Source: Lama glama
Taxonomy: Eukaryota
NCBI GenBank assembly: GCA_028534125.1
Contig: CM052816.1
Span: 69,442,001-69,506,000, forward strand
Direction: 5' to 3'
DNA length: 64,000 bases
Below the pieces are notes generated by a model. That model was not told where the DNA came from. It worked only from the letters and a program-made list of their open reading frames with translations, and did not search any database. Position 1 is the stretch's first letter. Each line of letters starts with the position of its first letter. Positions 12,291-24,205 of this stretch are shown piece after piece. A program made the position numbers and the translations under genes.

Positions 12291-12597
12291 ACAATTATTA
12301 TATCTTCAAAAAAGAAGCTTATAACATATAAGAAACTGTAAAATATAAATATATAAAATGCATCCTTACAACTTTCTTTCTTACCTTAGTCACATTACAG
12401 AGAGTTTATTGTTCCTATAAGACATTGTAAAGGCTTTAAAAAAATATCAGTCAGAAAACTATAAAAAGCTGCCTTATGTTCCTAGACTTGAACAAATGTC
12501 TTTTCAAAATGCTGCTCTTCTGTGTCCTTTCATTACTGGCCGAGACATTCAAAGGCCCCTTGTTTTGACGTAGCCTCCCACAAGATACCAGTGGACC

Positions 12598-12955
12598 AAG
12601 TGTCAAGGTCACAATAGGAAGCAGATGGCACACTCAAATCATTTAAAGGAGTAGGGAGTGTTAGGGAATCATGAGAAGTAGGTTGTCACCCAGAGGTAGG
12701 AGCAGGGAAGGGTGGGCTGAGGAGAGCAAACACTGGGAACCTGCTGTCACGAAAAGAGGCTCTTACAGGCAACAGTGGTGCTGTCTCAGACACAACCAGC
12801 CTGTGACAGATGGTGTCAGTACCTGACAGCTCAGTACCGAGCTCCTGTCGATGGCTGGGACTCTGTTTCCCAGGATGGTTCCACATTAGAGTTGGCCAAG
12901 GAAGGGAACTTACCCAAGATTTGGAAGGTGAACATGAAGGAAAGACCACCACTTT
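12598..12955 (-). mobile_element. ERVL-class LTR (LTR33-like)
   Basis: aggaagcagatggcacactcaaa is the characteristic antisense LTR33 end. Confidence 0.6.
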
Positions 12956-13029
12956 AGGAAGGTCTTATTGGTCAGACCATCTCAAAAGGTATGAGACAGG
13001 CAGACTGGTCAGACAGTTGTGTCTGTTCC

Positions 13030-13429
13030 CGGCAGGCCCCCACTGGACCTCTCTGCTTCCTTCTCCACACACCGCTCGTGTCCCCACGAGCTCACCCTGC
13101 TCACCAGCTCAGCTGCCAGCCCCCAGCCAGGCACTTGGCAGCAACTTCTACAGGCTTCACAACCTCCCTTTGCTGGGTCCCACTTTGACAAGCAGACATG
13201 CCAGGCTTCTCAGGCTTTTCTGCAAGCTCTGTGGTGCTAAGGAAGTCCCTGTGTCCGTGCACCTGGCTAAAGTGACTGTGATTATTTGTCTAACCTTTTG
13301 ATTCTCTTTCCAGACTGTCACATCCCAGCTCCTCCTATGGTCTATGTAAGCAATAACTTCTGTAGGAAGCCTTTTCTTCCCGTTTTATTTGTAGTCATGC
13401 TCTTTTTCTGACTCAATTCTGGATATACA
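13030..13429 (+). mobile_element. Old ERVL-class LTR fragment (family uncertain)
   Basis: cagactgtcacatcccagctcctcc...tgtaagcaataacttctgt...ctgactcaattctggatataca LTR-type 3' end. Confidence 0.45.
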
Positions 13430-14132
13430 GCCTAGGCTACCTTGCAGGGAGGGAGCAGGTGAAAAAGTACTCTGACCCTGCTCCCCTCCCTTCTTCCAGT
13501 CTCTTGCCAGAACTCTCTATTCCAGACCTCCTTTTGTGGACCAAGCAGGTCGGCCTCCAGGGCAGAGAGCTTGTGCAGGGGGAAGGAGAGGGGCCTGGAG
13601 AGGCAAAGGGGGCATCTCTGGCACAGGCCATAAAAGAGTTATTGTTGGACCAAATTTCCAAGGAAACTTGAGAACTTCTTAGAACTTTAGCTCTAAATAT
13701 GTAGGAAAAGGTAAGGTTAATGACCTTCTCTGTACCCTCCTTCCATATAAAAAAAAATCTCTAAGTCTTCAAAATGAGCCTCTATGAAAAAGTGAGAAAC
13801 TGAAAAGCAATGCATTTGCTGGATGGCTCCTTTGTTTTAATGGAAGTGAATTACATTTAAACACGTCTTATAAAAAAGATTCTGCGTAGAATAATGGCCT
13901 CTATGAACCACCTGTGCTTTGCCTTTATGGAGGAGGGAGAAAAAAAACTGATCCTGAATTTTTATAAAGAAATTTAAATTAGACACTAAAATAAAAGAAA
14001 AAAAAACTTAGCTACTTGTAACAAGGGCAATTAAAGTAGTGATTCATTCTATGGAGAATGTTAGCAGAGCTGGGTGAGTCTTCATTTCTTTCTATTGGGA
14101 ACCCTACTGGGAATTAAGGGAACTCTCTAGAG

Positions 14133-14438
14133 CAACACTGTTCAATAGGCATATGACCCCAGCCACACGTGTAACTTAAAATTCTCTAGAAACCACATTT
14201 TAAACAATAAAAATAGGTAACATTAATTTTAATGATGTGTTTTTATTTAACCAATATGTCAAAATATATCAACATGTGATCAATAATACATACTCATTAA
14301 TGAACTATCTCACATTCTCCTTTTTGTGTTAAGTCTTTAAAATCCAAGATATATTTTACATGTATAGTATACCTCAATTCATATTTCCAGCACTCAATAG
14401 CCACATTTGGCCAGTGGCCACTGTATCTGGCAGCACAG
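14133..14438. mobile_element. MER33 hAT-Charlie DNA transposon (full length) with perfect TSD
   Basis: Ends caacactgttcaatag / gtatctggcagcacag; AT-rich MER33 body; identical 8-bp TSD CTCTAGAG at 14125-14132 and 14439-14446. Confidence 0.92.
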
Positions 14439-14489
14439 CTCTAGAGTATGTCCTAAGTTTGGTTAAGAGTTTGGCTCTCACATAGGGAA

Positions 14490-14810
14490 ATGCAGCACAA
14501 TATAAAAGAGGAGGGGTTATTATCTCCCTGTGTTTTGCACCAGAGTTGCTAGTTCTCCTTTCCTTTGGGGTGCACGTGAGGATTGCCTTGCCTACGCCGC
14601 TGTAATTGAGCAAGGCCAAATGACTTGCTTTGGGCAGTGAAATGAGAGGAGTGATGCATCTCTTCCGGTCAGCAGTATGGAAGAGTCGGTGTGTGCTCCT
14701 CCGTGCCCTCTCTTCTCCTGCCATGGTGATTGTGGACACTGGTGTTCATATGGAGGTGCCCTGACATTGAGGCTGCCTGAAATGCTGGGGTGACAGAGGA
14801 CAGCTGCTCT
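14490..14810 (+). mobile_element. MaLR LTR (MLT1H/I/J-like)
   Basis: ggccaaatgacttgctttgggcagtgaaatgagaggagtgatgcatctcttcc MLT1 core. Confidence 0.7.
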
Positions 14811-14834
14811 AATGATTGGGAGGGTGACTTTCCT

Positions 14835-15066
14835 TCCACTCAGACCCTGCTTCTCTCAAGTGGCCCTCTTCCTGATTCTGGTAATGGCTCCTCCCTCTTG
14901 CTCTTTCAGCCTAGGGGTGGTAACTGCTCTCTGATGTTGCTCGCCCTGATGTTCTCCTTTTCCTGAGCCTTGCCCACATCTTTGTGAACTGTCCCTTTCT
15001 TAACCTCTCCTCAATTACCCTGTTTGATTGCTCCATCTGTTTCCTGTGGTGATTCTGATTGATACA
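14835..15066 (+). mobile_element. LTR33-like 3' half
   Basis: ttcagcctaggggtggtaactgct...ccttgcccacatctttgtgaactgtccctt...ccatctgtttcctg...gattgataca. Confidence 0.75.
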
Positions 15067-15469
15067 GTATGCTTTATTAGCCAAACGTGAAATGTGCCTA
15101 AGGACAGAATAAAATGAGTACATTCAAGAAGTAATTCCTTGAATGAGTGTAAATCAGTTTTCAAAGTACCAGTCAAGGCTGTTTCCCTTACCAACCACTC
15201 TTATTATGGAGAAGATCCTCTTTCTCTTCCTTAAGTATAAATGTGTGCTCACTGCTCTTCATGATTTGTGTTTATGTGTATAGGAAATCTGTTTGCTTGA
15301 AATCTGTTTGGTCTTCATTCTTCCTTTAGATGTGTTTGAAGTATTTACTTAGCAAACTTATGTTTGACATAGCAACAAATCAAAAATTATTGGAAATTGT
15401 GTTTCAAGTTCATCCTCAAATAAGGATTATTTGAGCTCCTACCAAGAAGCCTGAAGTTTGTGAGTTGTT

Positions 15470-17700
15470 GTGTTACTTGTTCATTACAGAAAGTTCAGAA
15501 AGATTCAGAGACTAATAAGCACAAAGAAGGTAAAAATAACTCATCACTCAAAGCTAATCACCACTAGTGTATATAATTCCAAATTTTAAAAAATTGGATT
15601 TTATTGTGTGAAAGCAATTTTTTAATTTGTGTTTTTAACTAAAGTTTGGACTTATTTCCATATCAATAAATGTATTTTATACCACTATTCTTTATAGTAA
15701 TTACATTGTTAATATATCTCTTTCCATTTTATTGGCTCTTTAGATCAATTAGAACTTTTCAATACTCAAATAACACTACGAACTTCTCTGTACTTTTAAG
15801 CATCTAACCAAATTTTCTGCAAATAAATTTTTAGAAGTGGGAATGCACAGTTTAGAAAGGTATGCATGATCTAAAAACTTCAGGTAGACTTCCAATATGC
15901 CCTCCAGAGAACAAGTTATCATTTTATATGCCTCATAGAAATGTAAGAGATTACTCTCTACTCCCACATGGACACCTTTCCAGCACTGAGTATTACTTCT
16001 GATTTTGTCTCTTTGATAGGAAATAAATGGTAATTCATTTTTCATTTGCATTTCTATAATTACAGTGAGAGAAAAAAAATCCCCATATTTCAGACAATCG
16101 GATTTTTTCACTCATGCGTTGTCAGTCTTTGCAATTTTCCCATTTTGTTTATTAGTGAATGTTTAGACTTGTAAAACTCTCTAAATACTAATGTTCAAGT
16201 GCTTTTGTGAGGCTAGTTCCTGAGATGAACTTTCTTATCATATCCCTACAACTCTATGGCAATAATACAATTTTTGTCATAAATGAAGGAAAAAACTTCA
16301 AAGAAAGTGAGTTCATCAGGATGACTTGGTTATTCTAGAAGATGCTCCTGGTGCACTCCGCCCACCCCTTCTCCATCGAGTGCACCATTCTCTAGCAGCT
16401 TTGGTTATTGGTAGCTAACAACTCATAGCTGCATCCTTCTCTGGAAAAGTATCCTCAGCTGAAGGGAGCCTGTTCCAAATGTCAGGATGGGCTGCAACCA
16501 ATGACTGACTGATACAAAAGCTCTGCCCTCGTGCTTTAAGGCTATAAAGCTCCAGGGTACCATGTTTGCTCCAGATCTTCCTGTGGGTTTGGGCTGAGGA
16601 GACGCTTCACCAGAACCCTCATCTTTGCTTGGATACTTCCCCTATCTTATCCTGCTTCCCTCATTCCTCCAGGTTTCACTGAAGAGGATATCCTCAATAA
16701 GTGACTTGTGTAAGAATCTAGGGAACCCCGCCTGAGACAGCCGGGCTGTGGGACATTTCATATTCAAACTTCAGCAATCTTTCTTCAGAACCCGCACATG
16801 CTATCAGTAGAGCAAACCACGTCCCAATTCAAGGCACCAGCCTGGTCATCATAAAAGTAGCAAATGCTTTTTCCTAATTTGTCATTTGCCTTTTGGCTTT
16901 ATGATATTCACCACAGAGAAGTGTTAAATATATGTAGACAAATGGATTGATCTTTTCCACTGTGATTTCCATTTTTAATGTCATGTTTATCCATCTTAAG
17001 GTTTAAGTTACATATTATTTTTTATCTTTTCTGATTTCATTTACTTGTATTTATTTTCTAAATCCATATGGTGAGGTGGATACTTATATCACAATCATTC
17101 TAGCAACATTAAAGATTCTATCATTAACTTACCAATTTGAAATGTGTATTTATTGCATTTACTTGTATCTGTTCCCTTGAGCTTGGTTCTTGGCTTTCTA
17201 TTCTTTTCCACCAATTTCTATATTAAACTGCCAGGTCCAAAAATTTAAAGCTTTTTTTGATTGAATTTTTTGTGATTTTTCCCCCATTTTTATTTCAGAT
17301 AAACTTTGAACTTAGACCAGTTTCAAAATAATTAAAAATTCATTGAGCTATACACTTACAGGTACATTTGGTATATATGTTACTATTCAATAAAGTTTTT
17401 ACCAAAAAAGCCTTTGGCATTTTATTTGGAATTTCAGTTTATAGAACAATTTGAGGGAGAATTGGCATCTTATACGCTTGAAGAATTCTTTAAAAGCATA
17501 TACTATTTCTCTATTTATTCAAGTATTTTTATGATGCTCAGTAAAGTTGCATAGTTTTTATATGTTTCATGTGCCTTAAATTTATTAGATTTTGTTATGG
17601 TTTATGTAATTGGAAATGTTGTTTTTAAAAAGACTATTGCTAGTATACAGAAGTTATTTAATTATTTACTTTATAAGTAAGATCTTATCAGTACAATACA
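15470..17700 (-). mobile_element. Old L1 (L1ME-like), interrupted by LTR16C and a short sense L1 tail (~17330-17410)
   Basis: Antisense ORF2/3' motifs at 15830-16190 resume at 16855 (gcaaatgctttttcctaatttgtcatttgcctttt) and continue to ~17700. Confidence 0.65.
16330..16739 (+). mobile_element. LTR16C-like ERVL LTR
   Basis: caaccaatgactgactgataca...tttgctccagatcttcctgtggg...cctgcttccctcattcc...cctcaataa...ctagggaaccccgcctgagaca. Confidence 0.8.
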
Positions 17701-18117
17701 AATAGTATCAACAAACTGCTTAAATTGTAATTTAAAATATCATTGGTGAATAATTTTCCATCTTGTGATATTCAGTTTAATTATAATACTTCATAGATGT
17801 ATTCACTATATGTTCAGTTTATTAATAAGTGAATTTATGCTATGTTTTGAGGGGAAAGACCAATAGTCTCTTCCAGGCAGAAGGCCAGGCTCTTCTGTTC
17901 TAATTTATTAGACATCTGCTCTGATGGTTGACTTAATTGTTAATTTTTCACATGACCCCTAGTTCCACCCACTGGAGTGCAATTTGAAACATGCCACACT
18001 CTTCTCAGCTTCTGGGGTTATCCTAATGAATCATAAAAAGAAAACTGAAAAGAAAAAAATTATTGATCAGTTCTGTGCCAAATATTTTACATTATTACCT
18101 TAATATTTACAATAATT

Positions 18118-18400
18118 TTTCATTCATTCATTCAAGACTATTAAACACCAACTACGTGCCCAGCTCTCAGCTTAGAGTTCAGTGGTACAGAGAGAACAGT
18201 GAGAGCACTATGTGATAGCAGAAACACATGCTTCTAAGAGCCCATTGAAGGGAGGCCTAATCCAGATCTGAATTTCAAGAAACTTTCAGGATATGAGCTC
18301 AAAATTGCGAGATGAAGGAGAACCAGGCTTATGATGAGTGGAAAAAGGGAGCATTTCTCCTTCGTAGAAGGATATGTACCAAGCAGTGGGACCAAATTTA
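18118..18400 (-). mobile_element. L2 3' fragment
   Basis: cattcattcattcaag...accaactacgtgccc antisense L2 terminus. Confidence 0.65.
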
Positions 18401-19489
18401 CAAAAGTTTAAGGATGCAGTGAAGCAAAGGAAGGAGAGTAACAAGGTTTCCGTATGCCTACAGTTTCCAGATTAGGGCCCCAATATTAGAGTGCTGTTAA
18501 GAATTTGGCTGGTGTTTAACAAGACAATTAGCTAAGCCATTGTGGTGTCAGATCACTGAGGATGAGCAAAATGGTATTTTCTTAAAGCATATTTTGTCAT
18601 CTCTGTATGCTGGGAGGCAAGCCTGCTTTAACTGGAAATTAGTTCTCCTAAAGAGAGAACAAGATAGATGCTGGATACTGAATTCTTCTCCTGAAATCTT
18701 TACAGGCTCTTGGTCCTTAAGGGCCGGGAGGTAATGAATCAACTGCTTTGCTAACATATGCAGGGAACACTGGCATTCCAGCTCAGGGTCTCTGAATCAT
18801 GACTCTTCCCGACCTCAGCTTTACTCAGCTAATTCTATGTCTTAAGGTTTATTATTTTAACACCTCACTCTTGACATTATTGACAGCCTCCCTAAAGGGG
18901 TGCCTGAAATTAACCATGATATAGGAATGGAATAACCAGACTGAAAACTGAAGGGAAAGATGGGGCTGGGCTGGGCTGGGCTTTAGGAACCTACCAGAAC
19001 CAGGGACTTGAATTCCACTGGGGTTCTTTTTCCCATTTTACTCCTCTTAGGAAAGACACCAGGTTTTTCCCCACATGACCAAGGTCTCACTACACCTTTC
19101 AAGCTTAAGGACTTACAGCTTTAGGCACTTACAAGGCACCAACTTGGTCCCCTACTCCTAATTCGAAAAGTCCCCAGGAAAAAGGCCTTTATCTCAGCTT
19201 AGATTAGGTACCCATCCCTGTTCTAGTCAACTCCATTTAGGGAAAGAGAGTTCTTCTATACAGGATGGCCGCCTGTATTGTAACCCTATGAGATGGGAGA
19301 ACAGGTTTCTGAAAAGCAGGAGCAGAGGGCTGGAGGTCGGTGAGTATAGAGGAGATAGACCAATACCACCACCACATTTAATAAGTACACTAAGCAGCCA
19401 CTTACATAATGAGATTTTATCATTCAGTATCCTTAAAATGTCCCCCTTCAAATGATTCCAAAATCATAGCACTGTGTCAAGGCAGTCTG

Positions 19490-19830
19490 TCTCCTGAAAG
19501 CCTCAGTTAAAAATCAGAATGCCCTCTGCTACTTTCCTGACTTCACGTTATACCCCTTCCTCCATATTTACTGCACTCCAGTCAATGGACTTCTCTCTGT
19601 TCTTCAGATTCACGCTAATAAGTGCCCCCTTAGGACTTTGAGAGTTACTGTTTGCTCTGTCTAAATTACCCTGCCTCCCAGATCTTTTTATGGCTGGCTC
19701 CATTGGGCTAAATGTCACTTGAGACAGTTCTATAATTATACAGTTTGAAATAGTCCTCCATCATATTTATTGTCTCAACAGTATCTATCCATATCTGGAC
19801 ATTTCTGGTACATTTATTTGTTTTCTTGTT
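19490..19830 (+). mobile_element. L2 fragment
   Basis: actgcactccagtc...taggactttg...atggctggctcc...aaatgtcac L2 3' motifs. Confidence 0.65.
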
Positions 19831-19839
19831 TCACTGAAG

Positions 19840-20160
19840 TTGCAATGGCCTTAGCTTCCAGGGAGGCTGAGAAAGCAAGTATCTGGCGTTTCAGTTTCTG
19901 TCCATCATGGAGGTGAGCTCTGATAGCAAGGTAAATGGGAAGGGCAATGGCCATTGGGCAGGTAAAGAGCCAGGTCTATGACATGGTCATTCTCTTTATC
20001 TTTATCTGAAAACTGACAGTTTCACAAGAGCAGGCACCTGGCCCCAAACCTCCTCCATCTTTGAACTCACCAGTGCTGTTAGCCTATAAGCTACCTTAAT
20101 TGTTTAAGCCCTTGAGTTTTATTCCATTACTTAAAACCAAAAGCATTCTAAGTGATAACC
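19840..20160. mobile_element. Two old MLT1-type LTR fragments in opposite orientations
   Basis: agcttccagggaggctgagaaagcaagtatctggc (antisense, ~19845-19985) and ttgtttaagcc...aaccaaaagcattctaagtgata (sense 3' end, ~20040-20157). Confidence 0.5.
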
Positions 20161-20220
20161 TAGCACAATCTGATAAGCCAGTATAACCCAGCCAATCTTT
20201 AGGCAGCACTAACAGCCCAC

Positions 20221-20446
20221 CAGAGTATCTAGTGCTTAGATACTTGCAGGGGCCCATGCAAATGTTTTCATTTTCATTTTTTTTTAAGTTAGAGGGAGAA
20301 AAATAATCATCTAATCTGAATTATATTTATCTTCCAATGTAGTTAGGAAATATAATTTTTAATATTTTTTATGGAGGAAGGGGCCCACAAAGGTTAAGGG
20401 GAAAAAAAAGAGATGTAGAGTTCATTAAAATTATTATGTGGTCCTG
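20221..20446. mobile_element. MER96B-like hAT DNA transposon
   Basis: ggggcccatgcaaatgtttt...aaatataatttttaatattttttatggaggaaggggcccacaaagg...atgtggtcctg. Confidence 0.75.
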
Positions 20447-22209
20447 CTTTCATGAGCCTTGATTAGTTTATAAAATTATTAACTTAGGAGGGCAGTGTAG
20501 AACCTTCTGGAAGTGAGAATGATGGCACAGGATTTTGATTGTGGAGAGGAATTCAGGAAAATAGTCATATGAGCCATACACTTTTTCAGAAATCCAGTCC
20601 TAGTCAGGGGACTCTAATGGGGAGTCCTGGGAACCCAGAGTGAGAAGTTATGGGGGTATGGGAACATGGGCCACAGAAGGGAAGGAAGAGAAGGGAAGAA
20701 GCTGAGAATGGATACAGGTTATAAGTATGAGTAATTTCCATGTATATGCAATGGCCTTGGCTGCAGTCCTGCAGGCACATCTTAGCTGGGGGCTACGACT
20801 GCTATTCCAGGGTCCCAAGATTCTTCCTACTTTGAAACCAGCTCGCACGCAGACTGTGCACTGAGAACTCAGTCTGCCGTCGACATCTGGATTTGATTGC
20901 TTTATATTGTGAGTTACTGTGTCCTGCCCTTTTCCTTATTATTATTTCAGGGTCTACATGTGGTAAAATTAAAGGGAGGGAAAAAAAAAGAGCTCTACCA
21001 GACTGGAGATTTCTAGCTCTGCTTTTGTTATTCCTGGGAGTGTCTGGTTTTCTTTTGCCTCTCTCCCAGGAGTGAGGGAAAAGAAAAGTGTTTTGGGTCT
21101 TCAGTGATTTTAATTTAAAAATGCGTGTAGCAGCATGTGGAAGACAGCAGAGCAGGGCAGAAGAGCCCCCTTCTTCCACTGAGTCTCCTCACACAGGCTT
21201 CTTGGCCACTCTTGATTCCACAGTTGGCCAGTGAGAGGGTTTGAAGAGATCATCTCTAGGGTCCCTTCTAGCTCCAATATTATGCTATTTTGCAGCATAT
21301 ACAGTGAAAGAGTAGTTTTGCAGAATCAAACCCAAAACAAAAGAGTTGTAGATCTGGGAAGGCTGCCAGGCACTGCAAAGCACAGAGGTCCTTTGTGTCA
21401 TCCAGCTGCAGGCAGCCCAGCCCTCCTTGAGGACCAGCCAGTGAAGTCCCAGTGCACTGCGCCCAGCAGCAGCACTGGGGAAAGGCTGCACATGGTGATC
21501 ATCTGGTGTCCTTACCTGCCCACTCAACATGAAGATCAGTGTGTGCAGCAGGCAAGGAGTTGAACTGCACCAGTTGTAATGGTCATGTCTTAGGGAAAAC
21601 AACCACCCCCCATTACTGCTGTCTCCTTTCTGATGCACACAGACCACCAGAAGTTCCCTGCTGCCTCTTTCTGTCCAAAAAGCATATCAGACTTCAGATC
21701 CTGTGCCCATATTTTACTGTTTAAAAATTGATGATTTCCCCGGAAATGGAGAGTGGTCATGATTGCACAACACTCCAGAGAATGGTGGGCATAAAAATGA
21801 TACAAGGGCAAAAAAAAAAAAAAATCAATGATTCAAAAATCAATGATTCGGTCTTGTTTCTTCACCTTCTCAACCTATTTGCTATCAAAATATATTGTGT
21901 GTCTTTCTTAGACGTCTGGTTTGCCATATCCCCCAGGAGAGCAATACCAGGTGTCCCCTTTGCCTTCGTGGTAAGCAAGAATGCTCTTGACAACAGCCAC
22001 TCTGAGAGTGAAAGGCTGGCAAGGACTGCTCTCCACATGGGATGTTTGTAGCCAATCTCCATGTTCTAATTTTGATGCCATTTTTAGTATCTTTGTTCCC
22101 AGGATCTTTTTTTTTTCTGTATACAGGCAACTGCCCATTGAACCTAATGATCTTTTCACATTATTTTCCCAGCCTTTAGAATAAAAACCAGACTTCATTC
22201 TGCTTTAGC

Positions 22210-22550
22210 TCAAAGTTTTATTATTAAATGTAACATATGGAAAAGTGCATAAAACAGATGTATCGTGTAATGAATGGTTACCAGCACTGAAAAAGAGAGC
22301 ATTGCCACGCCCTAGAAGCCCACCGTGTGTCTCTAACCCTTCCCAACTTCTCCTCCCGGGAGTAAAGCCTGGATGACCATAAAAGTAAAAAGCTTCTTTG
22401 TCCTTCTTTTCAACTTTACCAGTTGTGAGTACTTCACCTAACATAATTCTTGAACTATACAAATTGAATCATGATGTTGGATTCAGCTTATTCACTTACC
22501 CTGCTTATAACATAGAGAACTTTCTTGTACATTCATTCTCCATTTGTGGT
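22210..22550 (-). mobile_element. Old L1 3' UTR fragment
   Basis: aacatatggaaaagtgcataaaaca...agcattgccacgccctagaagccc motifs. Confidence 0.5.
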
Positions 22551-23118
22551 ATCTTTAGAGAGAATTGTGCTATCTCAAGTATTCTGTCAGTGCTAAGAGA
22601 TTAATCGCCTCTTGGTACTTCATTATTAAAAACTCTGTCTCCTTCTTCCTTTACACTGATTTAGCTGAGCAGGAAATGAGATGTTCCTATACCCAGGGGT
22701 GACATTCAGGATCATTAATGAGTCAGCAGGGGCGCCCATCAATTAGAACAGACAGTAGCAGGAAGGCAGGGCGCTAGTTTGACTGAATGTCAACCCTGGC
22801 GGGGCCCTTACTCTTCCCTCTGCCTGGATTCGCCTGTCCTTCAAGGTCTCAGCTCAGTCCCAAGCTTAACAGCATAAGGTAGGCAAGTGACAAACTCTCA
22901 GTTTTCTTATTTGTAAAGGAGGAGATTGGGTTAGGATATTCCTGAGGATTCTTCCAAATTGGAAGTTCTGTGACTGGAAGAGGTTTATCTGTATCTGTTG
23001 TTATGACACTCATCACTCTCTGCTCTAATCCAGGTGTGTTCAAGTGGACACTCAACAAAACTAAGCAGCAAGAGGCCAGGGTCTGGGACTGATTCACCTT
23101 TGAGTCCTTGGAAGGTAT

Positions 23119-23561
23119 TGTTGCTGGAGAATAGGTTCTTGCCTCACTCAGGAAAGAATACAAGAGTGAGGCATTGTAAAGTGAAAGTAAGTTTATTCAG
23201 GGAGATACACACTCCATAGACAGAGTACAGGCCATCTCAGAAGGCGAGAGAGAGAGTGACCATGAGGTGCAGAGTTGTTAGTTTTTATGGGCTCGGTAAT
23301 TTCATATGCTAACAAGTGGAAGGATTATTCAAACTGTGTTTGGGAAGGGGCAGGGATTTCCAGGAATTGGGCCTCTGCCCACTCTTATGACCTTTTATAG
23401 TCATCCGGGGAACTGTCATGGCACCTGTGGGTGTGCCATGAGGCTGAAGTTGTACTGGAAGTTGAATCTTCCACCATCTTGGTTCTAACCAGTTTGTCCT
23501 ATCCTCAATTGCTGTGTCATTCCTTCAATGGTTGTGCCCTGCCCCCTTCCCTCCTGTCTCA
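23119..23561 (-). mobile_element. MER41-like ERV1 solo LTR, complete, with 4-bp TSD
   Basis: TG...CA termini; TSD GTAT at 23115-23118 and 23562-23565; minus-strand AATAAA (23192-23197) and CATAAAAA TATA-like box (~23282-23289); internal atatgctaacaag..ggattattc..gggaagggg..ttccaggaa..aactgtcatggc block resembles MER41. Confidence 0.85.
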
Positions 23562-23889
23562 GTATAATTTATAGAATATACCTGTTAAATAAATGATGAA
23601 TTAAGTCCCAATTCTATCATGCCATTCCTGACTACTCCCATCTGTTCTGTTTTTTTCCTGAAATTCTTTCAACAGTCACCTGGCTTGTAATCTTGGAATT
23701 CTCTTACTTTTTCATTCTATGGGATTGAACATGTACATACTTAATCTCATTTCTATAAACAAGACAGTAGATCCTGCAGGAAGCCTTCACACTGTCCACA
23801 GCAATATCAGAACCTGGATTCCAGGAGTGTTCTGTGTTTATTGAATAAATGGTTGACACTCTACCACAAAACTGCGATTCCTTCACCTA

Positions 23890-24205
23890 GAAGGACAACA
23901 ACAACAAACATTTATTTCTCAGTTCTGTAGGCAGGGAAGATCAAGGTGCAGGGAAATTCAGTGTCTGGTGAGGGCCCTCTTCCTGGTCCATGGATGCCAC
24001 CTTCTCACGGTGTCCTCACTCAGCAGAAAGGGCGAGGGAGCTCTCCAGCATCCCTCTTAGTAGAAGGGCACTAATCCCATTCATGGGGGCTCCACCCTCA
24101 TGACCAGATCACCTCCCAAAGGCCTCACCTCCTAACACTTCCACATTAGAGATCAGGATTTCAACCTACAAATTTGGGAGGGACACAAGCATTCAATCTA
24201 TAGCA
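23890..24205 (-). mobile_element. MaLR LTR (MLT1A-like)
   Basis: aacatttatttctcagttctg...aagatcaaggtg...agggcactaatcccattcatgggggctccaccctcatgacc...cattcaatctatagca. Confidence 0.88.

Noticed and set aside
21820..21849. 15-bp direct repeat AAAAATCAATGATTC x2 after an A run
   Set aside because: Ordinary slippage next to poly-A; similar small duplications at ~44189 and ~59312 are also unremarkable.
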